Of a stretch of DNA of 64,000 nucleotides, positions 54,011-64,000 are shown piece after piece. The stretch is from positions 179,816-243,815 of the forward strand of contig JAQGDQ010000355.1 of the NCBI GenBank assembly GCA_030141605.1. Reading direction: 5' to 3'. The first letter of the stretch is position 1. Every line of letters begins with the position of its first letter. The notes under the pieces were generated by a model. The model saw nothing but the letters and a program-made list of their open reading frames with translations. It made no database searches and was not told the DNA's origin. The position numbers and the translations under genes were made by a program. This stretch comes from Tubiluchus corallicola (taxonomy: Eukaryota; Animalia; Priapulida).

Positions 54011-55429
54011 TCCATACTTTACAGCACTCTTTATCAAACAGCAAAAAATATCCAATCACAGCAAACATTCAATTTTGCTTTAGGCGTTTCTCGACTTTCT
54101 AATTTCTCTGCTTTATGCATTTTTATTTTTTATTTGTTTTTTGTAATTGTTTCGATTTCTCGCAAGCAGTTTGTATTGAATTACACAAATTACACAGAAT
54201 GTTTACTTTTCCTTTAACACCACAAACAAATTCATTCAAAATGTTAAAAGAAAAATAGGGATCTTTTGTTGTTGAAGGTATGCTTAACCAATCAGCTCTT
54301 GGAGTTCTTTGACTGCCAAACAAGGGATTGTTCTTGGTACAATATGCAGCTAAGAGGGGTAGATGCTTATTAGCTTCTCAGTTTTAAGAGTAAATATAGG
54401 CTGTAGGTTCTGGTGCTTTTTTTTTCATTTAGCCATTTTTAGTAGTGTGTTTTTTCACGGCAAAAATTGTTGTATCGTAAAAATAGTTGAAAGAATTTTC
54501 GAATAATCGTTATTTACAAATTTTAACTCATATAGTAATAAAATGTGAAACATTAAACGCTCGTGCTTAATGTAAGTATCGGTTTATATGCAGCTGCACT
54601 CCTAGCTGCCTCACCTCAACCACAAGAGGGCGCAACAGCAGGACCATCAACGTCCATTAAGGGTCGTCTACCGAAGGACATTCAGAGTTGCAGTATAACA
54701 GTTTGCGTGCTGATGTAACACTGCCATCTATCGTCAGGAAACGGTACCATAAATATTGTGTAGGCTGCCCCAGGTCATGAGTCCTAGCTTCATCAGGTGC
54801 TGCCACCTGCTTGATTCGTCTTCAACATGGCCTGGTCAAAGAAACGCCTACTAGATGTTGTGCAGTAGACTGGCTGTTTCAAATCATGCATGTCCATCTA
54901 TTGACTGATGCCTTAGCTGCTTCTATATATCAATTTCCCAAAAGCTATTTTATCAGATCCCCTTTTCCATAAAGTTTGATGTGTATTTTATAATAGATGT
55001 AATTTGCTGTCGTATCCCCGTCTGGATGTGAGTAAAGTTGATATTATTACAGTAATTGTTGTCATTAATTTTGTGGTTAGTAGCCATCTAGTGAAAATTC
55101 ATTGATTCGACAGAATTTCCATTGAGCGATATTAGTACAGGAACGTGAATGCAATTCTGCTTGTGCATGCTGCTGTGGAAATATCCTTTCACGAGCAAGA
55201 ACCAAAGTCACTTTTCCATTTTCTTTTCTTTTTTTGTTGGCAGCATGAACTCCCTTCTTTAAGACGCACCGCTTTGTTTGCTCATAGATGTGACCCAAGC
55301 ATGACCATGACTGAATGGCGGCATGCGACTTTTAAAGAATGCATATTTTGAATGTAGCCAGAGAGTAGCAATTGAATGTGTAAATTCTACAGACATTTTA
55401 AAATGTTTTCATTCGTTGTGTTATTACAG

Positions 55430-55579
55430 GTGATCAATTTATTCCAACCGAACAGATAACTTGCGGAGCCTTTACAAGAATAACTCCTACGAAACACCAC
55501 AATCGCCACCATCATGTAGAATTTTTGACAACCCAAAACCACGTCCAGGAAAATAATACATCTTCCAAACTAGAAACAG
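55430..55579 (+). CDS. PCLO: Piccolo-like putative symmetric exon
   Basis: ttattacag acceptor, G|gtaaaa donor, 150 nt open in phase 1/1. No motif recognised, and the model works if it is skipped. Confidence 0.55.
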
Positions 55580-56239
55580 GTAAAACTTTAGTGGAACAGG
55601 ACAGGTAAAATGTCAGTGCAAGATGGTTATGAGGCCCGTGTCACACAGAGAACTATGTAAGGAGCAAGCCATAATCTATGAGACATTGGGAGGGTGCCTC
55701 CCATCTTCCATAACACGTTTGTCCACTGTATGCTCCTTACTCTCTGTAAATAGTAAGACGTTTTGCCAGTGAACGTATCTGATTGCTGTATTAATGAAAT
55801 AACGTTCTTAAGAATTGCTTTTTAGTGTTATGAGACCTTCCTGTCATGAATTCTTATGATATAAATGAATTGGACCGTGTAAACATCACAAACATGCTAA
55901 TTAACCGTGTTAGCGACGAACCCAAAACATCTTATGGCAATTGAAATTAATGTCCAAATCCATTTCACAATAAGACGCCTTATAAACCGCTAAAATGCTT
56001 GTGAGGAGTTATGGCAGATTGCTGACGGTAAACAAACCGTGGTAAACGGAAGATGGCAAATGGATTATCTATCTGACAGGAATTATTAGTTAGCATATGT
56101 TCGTTTTTCACGAGATAACTTTTCCTCCTCACAGCTTAGGCCTTACAGATTCTGTAAAACTGTATTACATCAAACTGGCCTGTACCTCTTATCTCCCTAC
56201 TCAAAATAACCTTATAAAAGCAATTTTCGCTTTTTGTAG

Positions 56240-57870
56240 ATCTTGCGAGTAAAAATCGTCCGGACAGAGCAAAATCTGCTCCACTTGAAAAAAGTAAGGA
56301 ATCAACGCCCATTAGCATTATAGAAAAAAGCGGAGTCTCTAAAGATAAAGCCATTCAAATTGCCAGGAAGATGAAGCGTCAAAGGAGGGATGTGGTGCTG
56401 CCAGCTCGGCCACCTTCTAGAGCAAACCAACCCATACGTCCAAGATCACAGCCTGAGATAACCAAAAGACCTGAAGATGACGATTTTGGTTTCCTCAACG
56501 AGTTATTCTTGAAAGGAGTTCATGAGCATGCTGCTGTGGCTCTTGCAGGTAAAAAAGATAAGCGTCCCATGGAGGGCATTAGTCCTAATACCACTAAAAT
56601 AGATCCGGAATCGCCAGCTACCAAACCGCAATCATATCAACACAGGAGGTCACAGCGCAACTTATCAGACCCATCTGGCGAAGGTCTAGATGGAGCGAAT
56701 TTTGACAGCACATCTCCAAGGAGATCAAGAAGAGCCCGCAACCCAGATCAACACGACAGAGCCCGCAACCCAGATCAACACGACAGAGCCCGCAACCCAG
56801 ATCAACATGACAGAGCCCGCAACCCAGATCAACACAACAGAGCCCGCAACCCAGATCAACATGACAGAGCCCTCAACCCAGATCAACGTGACAGAACCCG
56901 CAACCCAGATCAACATAACAGAGCCCGCAACCCAGATCAACATGACAGAGCCCTCAACCCAGATCAACATGACAGAGCCCACAACCCAGATCAACGAGAC
57001 AGATCCCGCAACCCAGATCAACATGACAGAGCCCGCAACCCAGATCAACATGACAGAGCCCGCAACCCAGATCAGCATAACAGAGCCCGCAACCCAGATC
57101 AACATGACAGAGCCCGCAACCCAGATCAACTTGACAGAGCCCGCAACCCAGATCAACGAGACAGGTCCCGCAACCGAGATCACCAGGACATGTCCCGCAA
57201 TCCAGTTCAACAAGACAGGTCCCGCAACCCAGATCACCGGGACAGGCATTCAAGTTCTAAACATTTAAAAGAACGGTCATCTAGAAGGTCGGGTTCAAGA
57301 GAACAAAGCAGTGAAATGTCCTCCGATTATGAATTACTAGCCAGTGTAGGAAAAGCCTCAAACACCGCATCGCCCTCAAGTAAGCAAAGAAAATCTCGAA
57401 TCGATGGCCAAGACAAATATTCAGCAAGTTACAGACAACCAGAAAAATCTTCTGCTAAATCTTCTGCTAAGAAAACTGCTGAAACTGAATTACAAGAAAA
57501 TTCCATTTACAGTATATTAAAAGCTGGTGATGGTGCAAGTTCTACAGACACAACTCCTGTAATACGTAGAAAGTTCCAGCAGGATGCTGACTCACCTAAC
57601 CGTAAACAAACATCGCTCCAGCAAGTAACTTCTTCCGGGAGACGTGGTCATCGTGAACATGACCAAGAACCTCTTCAGCTCACGTTCGTAAATGCTGCCG
57701 ACAACGTCAGCTCTAAAAGAGATTTAAGAGGAAATGTGCCACCCGATGTTCCTTCCACGTCCAAACAAGAAACCAGAAGACAGTCGCGCAAGTCACCAAC
57801 GTCAGAGAATAAAGCAAGCTACAGCAAAGTGTTTGAGGTCAGGATGAAGCCAAGAAGAAAAACACAGTAA
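56240..57870 (+). CDS. PCLO: Piccolo-like probable terminal coding exon with 9-aa repeats
   Basis: tttttgtag acceptor in phase 1, continuous with the 499-aa ORF, TAA at 57868-57870. Confidence 0.72.
56730..57245 (+). repeat. Coding 27-bp repeat (RARNPDQHD)n, about 19 copies
   Basis: agagcccgcaacccagatcaacatgac variants in frame within the last exon. Confidence 0.92.
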
Positions 57871-57967
57871 AATTGCATCTTCTTAATATGGCTGTTTTTT
57901 GAAATTGAAATTGAAATTTTTCTTTTACCAGCTCCTGATAAAACTTGCTGTTTGATTGTTTGTAATT

Positions 57968-58350
57968 AATAAGCTTTCTCCCAGTTTCGTTGTGCATACA
58001 CACAGTTGCTGTTGGTCAAAGGTTAAGTGAATCCCAGCAATGAATCTTAACTACAATCGTCACGAGACGTGTGGGTAAAGCAAAGCCGTCTACCGCATTA
58101 GTTCAGTAACTTTAGCTGGCTTTACTTAATTATGCATTAGTCTGTGCATAGAGTGATTTACTAGCAGGATCTTGCTTGGGAACAAAAAAAATGAACTAGG
58201 TAAGGTTCTAGCTAGCTGTTAAAACTGTTACTATTACAATAGCATAGACTGCGGGGCATTGTCAAATGTACGCAAATACATTGTCTGGTACACTTAACCT
58301 CTGACCTTTTTACGATCATCATCAATCGCTGGAACTGGGAAAGGCTTATT
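57968..58350 (+). mobile_element. MITE family F (in probable 3'UTR)
   Basis: AATAAGCTTTCTCCCAGTT ... AACTGGGAAAGGCTTATT. Confidence 0.8.
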
Positions 58351-59450
58351 GAAAAGCTTAGTACGGAAACCGAAACTAGTTTTATCATTCACAATGACGG
58401 CATTGTCACGTTTACTACAACAAACATGCTTAACCTTTGAACTTTGTGACGATCGCAGAAACAATGAAAGGCTTATTGTTTGAAGTTGAAACTAAAACTC
58501 CTTTGAAAGGTTTCTGTTAGTGCATACGCTTATTTAAAATAAAACAGCCACGGTCCATAAGGTTCGCACAAGCAAAACTCATCAAAGTAAACTTCACCTC
58601 AAGTGATGTGAAGGTAAAAAACTCTTTAATTTATTAAATGGAATTTGATACTCGTAAAAGAGTGAATACAATAACAGAGTGAAGCATCGTGTTTTTTGCA
58701 CAGTTAAAGTAAAACGACAAATAATTGTTTAATTAATGACTACACCTACTTTAATCACAAAAGATTGAAATTCGTCATATTTATTTGTGATTATGATTAA
58801 AGCAGTAATTGTCCTAGACTTAAGAAAGTATGTAATAGCTATATTTATCACTGAGTGCCTAATAATATAAACAATGCCTTGGTGCAGACTAGGCCTATTA
58901 TAATTCGAAGCAAAACAGGTTGTGATAATGTGCCTATTTATATAATACACATATATATATATATATATATTGGTAATGAATTATAAACGTTGTACCTAGT
59001 ACTACCTATGTTAAATTAGAAGTACCATTACTATATGTTAAAATGTTTAAAGCTATGATTCATTAAGACAGAATGTTAAATGTTAGAGTAATTAAGTACG
59101 TGTAATGAGGTTATCACCCATAAAGTTTACTAATATGAACATATGAAAGACGAATTACATTACTCGTGCAAATATTCCAATATAGTTCTTACGCGAGATA
59201 TATACGATTATGTTATGCATTGTAAAATGGAGTATAAATAGTTCTTTGTTGTAGTGTATATATAACATTTATTTAAAAATGTTTACTGTTTTTATTAAAA
59301 AATCATTATATATTGTTGTCACCTTCCATTTTACGTACATGTCAAAATCATTTTAATTTAGCTTGCAAATCTCAGTTTTAATAATGCTATTTTGTTTTTT
59401 GTGGATACACGGTTTCGTATAACATACGTAATGTAACATATTTTATGCAA

Positions 59451-59478
59451 AATAAATCTTATCTTGTGTTTGTTTCAT
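59451..59478 (+). promoter_or_regulatory. Candidate polyadenylation signal of the Piccolo-like gene
   Basis: AATAAA at 59451 followed by GT-rich ttgtgtttgttt, ending an AT-rich 3'UTR-like stretch. Confidence 0.4.
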
Positions 59479-60127
59479 AACTGCTTAGGATTTTTGTTTG
59501 CAAACTCATTGATTGATGCATAGCAATGATTTGGAAAGATTTTATCGTTAAAAGTTTTACACTAGTTATATACTGTACACCTACCTAAAAACGTCTACAC
59601 TATTTAATATCCATTATTTGCGTAGGAACATACTTTATATGGTTTCTGCTTCTCAGGAAGATCCTGGAGTCGATTTAGTGGCCTCTTGTTAATGGTGTCT
59701 TTTCATGAAGGTTCATAATATTTATATACATAACACTAATCAGAACAGACAGACTATCTAGCTATTACAAGAACGACTCTGAGACTGTATGTATATATAC
59801 ATATAGTATATATACATACATATATACATATATATTCAAGTAAAATTTTGGGAAAAAATGCGAGACTATTTTCAACAATACCCTCTTTTGAGATGTGTTA
59901 CTTATGTATGTATATATATAAGTAATATAACATACAGTGCTTATATTATACATACATAAGCAACACATCTCAAAAGAGGGTATTGTTGAAAATAGTCTCG
60001 CATTTTTTCCCAAAATTTTACTTGAGCGCAATGTACAAAAGCGTTCATATTGTGAGGGGGCACGGAAGAAATCATACATGATCTCTGAAGTAAGGAAGGA
60101 TTTGCTTAAATCGCTTCTTAAAATGTT

Positions 60128-60810
60128 AAACCAGAACAGAACGAGAACAATAAACCAGAACAGAACGAGAACAATAAACCAGAACAGAAGGAGAACAACA
60201 AGCCAGAACAGAAGGAGAACAACAAACCAGAACAGAAGGAGAACAATAAACCAGAACAGAACGAGAACAATAAACCAGAACAGAAGGAGAACAACAAGCC
60301 AGAACAGAAGGAGAACAATAAACCAGAACAGAACGAGAACAATAAACCAGAACAGAACGAGAACAATAAACCAGAACAGAAGGAGAACAACAAACCAGAA
60401 CAGAACGAGAACAATAAACCAGAACAGAACGAGAACAATAAACCAGATCAGGACGAGAAAAATAAACCAGAACAGAACGAGAACATCAAACCAGAACAGA
60501 AGGAGAACAACAAGCCAGAACAGAACGAGAACAATAAACCAGAACAGAACGAGAACAATAAACCAGAACAGAAGGAGAACAACAAACCAGAACAGAACGA
60601 GAACAATAAACCAGAACAGAACGAGAACAATAAACCAGAACAGAACGAGAACAATAAACCAGAACAGAACGAGAACAATAAACCAGAACAGAAGGAGAAC
60701 AACAAACCAGAACAGAACGAGAACAATAAACCAGAACAGAACGAGAACAATAAACCAGATCAGGACGAGAAAAATAAACCAGAACAGAACGAGAACAATA
60801 AACCAGATCA
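60128..60810 (+). repeat. 24-bp minisatellite, about 28 copies (arm 1 of inverted duplication)
   Basis: Unit aaaccagaacagaacgagaacaat. Confidence 0.95.
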
Positions 60811-60948
60811 GTAGATGAACAGATATAAGACTGTGATCAGGTTTACTTGAAACAGGGCTAAATTGGTTCAAGAGAGGATTTATTCACAGGTAACTCGATA
60901 TGTCGGCCATCTGAGAGCAGCCATTCTCATGAAAACATACAAGTTTAG

Positions 60949-61495
60949 AGGAAAACCGGACGATTATGTAAACATTAGTTCAGAATAAAGAATGCTCTAA
61001 AATATTGAAAACTACAATAGCTTATTTTAAATCAAAGCTTGGATTAAATAATAATTACCTCGGATACTCAAATCTCGTTAAACTTTCAAATCCACGTGCC
61101 GCTCAGTGACTCTACTAAGATTGGCAGCGGCACCTTTTTGTCACATGCGCGTGGCCGACAAATAGAAGGTGGTCCGTGATAACCATGATCATGAACTGCT
61201 GTGTTAGTTCCTGACGTCATATGATGTAAAGCCCATTTTCGTGACATCACGCGTTTAAGCAGTACTGTAAAACGTATGCAAACGTGCTTGACGCGCAAGG
61301 GAAGATGCCTGCCATTGCGCGAACTGCGGCTAGTTTCTGACGTAAGCAATATCTGTGTTCGCCTACCGTTAATTAACTTTCTAAGCTAATTCGTCAAATA
61401 TAAAGAACAATTGTAAACTTTTATAGGAAAGAAAATGTATATTTTGGACAGTAAATTAAAATGAGATTGAGTGTAAACAATCGTCCGATTTTCCT
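60949..61495 (+). mobile_element. Kolobok-like MITE family C
   Basis: ttag|AGGAAAACCGGACGATT ... AATCGTCCGATTTTCCT|TTAA. Confidence 0.85.
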
Positions 61496-61499
61496 TTAA

Positions 61500-61825
61500 A
61501 AGATGACAGGATGATTTTTCATATGCTATCTCAATTTCAAGTAAAAAATTTACATTTCAACACCAGTAACACTGTAGAAACGTTTCTGATAATTAAATAA
61601 TAGATTAAAGCTTAATTAAAGACGGACGAGACCAACTAGCGATGACATCACAAACTAACATAATTTTCAACATAAAAGACATTCCATGAGCCTGTTTCAA
61701 ATTACGTTTGCGTGGTAATAATCGTTTAACTAAGTCATTCTTTAAAAAATGGCATGTTTCCTTTCAATATTTTAAAGTATTATACGTTGTTAGACTTACA
61801 GTTTAAGATTGGATCCGGTTTTACT
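61500..61825 (+). mobile_element. Kolobok-like MITE family D, internally deleted, abutting the family C copy
   Basis: Begins right after the TTAA at 61496-61499 (agatgacaggatgatttttc), ends ccggttttact|ttaa. Confidence 0.7.
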
Positions 61826-61972
61826 TTAAAGCTAAATGTAAGATGTACTGTTGAGAATGGCTGCCCTTGGTGGTGGAAATATTGAGGTATTTGACAATAA
61901 ATCATCTCGTGAACCAATTTAGCTTCTTCGCTATGTTACAAGGTGTAAATCATGTTTCCAGTGTTAGTTACC

Positions 61973-62366
61973 AACAAGCCTTTTCAAAGTTTCATTGAAC
62001 GCATGCGCAGTTGCTGCAGATCAAAGAAAAAGTGTTAACCCCAACATCTTAACTACAACCGTCACGTGACATGTGGGTAAAGCAAAGCTGTCTGTTGTAT
62101 CGGTTCACCAACTTCAGATGTTTTAAATGGACTTCACTTAATTATGCATTAGTCTGTGTGTAGAGTGATTTACTAGCGGGACCTTGCCTGGGAACAAGAA
62201 AAAAATGAACTAGGAAAGGTTCTAGCTACCTAGTTAAAACTGTTACTATTACAATAGCTTGGGCTACTGAGGCGTTGTCAAGTGTACACAAATGCGTTGT
62301 TTGGTACACTTAGCCTCTGACCTTTTTACGATCGTCATCAATCGCTGGAACTGGGAAAGGCTTATT
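61973..62366 (+). mobile_element. MITE family F
   Basis: aacaAGCCTTTTCAAAGTT ... AACTGGGAAAGGCTTATT. Confidence 0.78.
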
Positions 62367-62583
62367 GAAAAGCTTGAAAAGTAACCCAATGTATTTAACC
62401 GGTTTCTAGTTTGTTGGTTTTTGGGATTGTCACGGTGACTATTGTGACCATGCTAGTCATTTTGTGTTCTGTTATATCTAAATTATTTGTTATGAATGAT
62501 TTTGTGCTGCTTAAGTTTATCTTGACGAATTTTCTTGAATGACAAAGAAAATAATAAACTAATAATTGTTTCCACTTCCACTT

Positions 62584-62775
62584 GTTACTGTTTCATTATG
62601 CGACACCATTGAAACATTGATTGCATCCCTATTCTCCGTCATACAAAACGGAAGTTACTGTTTCATTATGAGACACCATTGAAACATTGATTGCATCCCT
62701 ATTCTCCGTCATACAAAACGGAAGTTACTGTTTCATTATGCGACACTGTTGAAACATTGATTGCGTACCCATTCT
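62584..62775. repeat. 70-bp tandem repeat, about 2.7 copies
   Basis: gttactgtttcattatg at 62584, 62654, 62724. Confidence 0.88.
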
Positions 62776-63766
62776 CTGGTTTATTGTTCTCGTTCTGTTC
62801 TGGTTTGTTGTTCTCGTTCTGTTCTGGTTTGTTGTTCTCCTTCTGTTCTGGCTTGTTGTTCTCGTTCTGTTCCCGCTTGTTGTTCTCCTTCTGTTCTGGT
62901 TTGTTGTTCTCGTTCTGTTCTGGCTTGTTGTTCTCGTTCTGTTCTGGCTTGTTGTTCTCCTTCTGTTCTGGTTTGTTGTTCTCCTTCTGTTCTGGTTTAT
63001 TGTTCTCGTTCTGTTCTGGTTTATTGTTCTCGTTCTGTTCTGGTTTGATGTTCTCGTTCTGTTCCGGTTTATTTTTCTCGTCCTGATCTGGTTTATTGTT
63101 CTCGTTCTGTTCTGGTTTATTTTTCTCGTCCTGATCTGGTTTATTGTTCTCGTTCTGTTCTGGTTTATTGTTCTCGTTCTGTTCTGGTTTGTTGTTCTCC
63201 TTCTGTTCTGGTTTATTGTTCTCGTTCTGTTCTGGTTTATTGTTCTCGTTCTGTTCTGGTTTATTGTTCTCGTTCTGTTCTGGTTTATTGTTCTCGTTCT
63301 GTTCTGGTTTGTTGTTCTCCTTCTGTTCTGGTTTATTGTTCTCGTTCTGTTCTGGTTTATTGTTCTCGTTCTGTTCTGGCTTGTTGTTCTCCTTCTGTTC
63401 TGGTTTGATGTTCTCGTTCTGTTCTGGTTTATTTTTCTCGTCCTGATCTGGTTTATTGTTCTCGTTCTGTTCTGGTTTATTGTTCTCGTTCTGTTCTGGT
63501 TTGTTGTTCTCCTTCTGTTCTGGTTTATTGTTCTCGTTCTGTTCTGGTTTATTGTTCTCGTTCTGTTCTGGTTTATTGTTCTCCTTCTGTTCTGGCTTGT
63601 TGTTCTCCTTCTGTTCTGGTTTATTGTTCTCGTTCTGTTCTGGTTTATTGTTCTCCTTCTGTTCTGGTTTGTTGTTCTCCTTCTGTTCTGGCTTGTTGTT
63701 CTCCTTCTGTTCTGGTTTATTGTTCTCGTTCTGTTCTGGTTTATTGTTCTCGTTCTGTTCTGGTTT
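62775..63766 (-). repeat. 24-bp minisatellite, about 41 copies (arm 2, inverted)
   Basis: Reverse complement of the 60128 array, with extra units. Confidence 0.95.
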
Positions 63767-64000
63767 AACATTTTAAGAAGCGATTTAAGCAAATCCTTCC
63801 TTACTTCAGAGATCATGTATGATTTCTTCCGTGCCCCCTCACAAGATGAACGCTTTTGTACGTTGTGCTCAAGTAAAATTTTGGGAAAAAATGTGTCACT
63901 ATTTTCAACAATACCCTCTTTTGAGATGTGTTGCTTATGTATGTATAATATAAGCACTGTATGTTATATTACTTTAACGTAAATTCCCAGGAGCTACCCA

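Noticed and set aside
54770-54800. CTGATGA on the minus strand as a hammerhead core
   Set aside because: No stem II followed by GAAA downstream.
59765-63957. 293-410 aa ORFs (NQNRTRTI)n and (FWFIVLVL)n as genes
   Set aside because: Open only because the 24-bp unit has no stop in these frames. Starts are non-ATG and no domain is present.

Overview
Animal (bilaterian invertebrate-like, AT-rich, microsatellite- and MITE-rich) genomic DNA. Most of the window is one large spliced + strand gene encoding a Piccolo/Fife/RIM-family presynaptic active-zone scaffold. I assembled 17 phase-consistent exons by hand (10518..57870, 9754 nt, about 3250 aa, 5' exon(s) not found). The order is: RIM/Piccolo-type zinc finger, long acidic/Ser-Pro-rich and coiled-coil region, PDZ (three exons), C2A (three exons), then low-complexity tails with 7-aa and 9-aa coding repeats. 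No C2B domain is seen. Introns and flanks hold several TTAA-flanked (Kolobok/T2-like) MITE families, hAT- and Harbinger-like MITEs, decayed RTE and L2/CR1-type LINE fragments, Penelope-like palindromes with hammerhead-ribozyme core motifs, hairpin-unit minisatellites and a large inverted duplication of a 24-bp minisatellite near the end. Homology statements come from my recall of the family sequences, not from searches.
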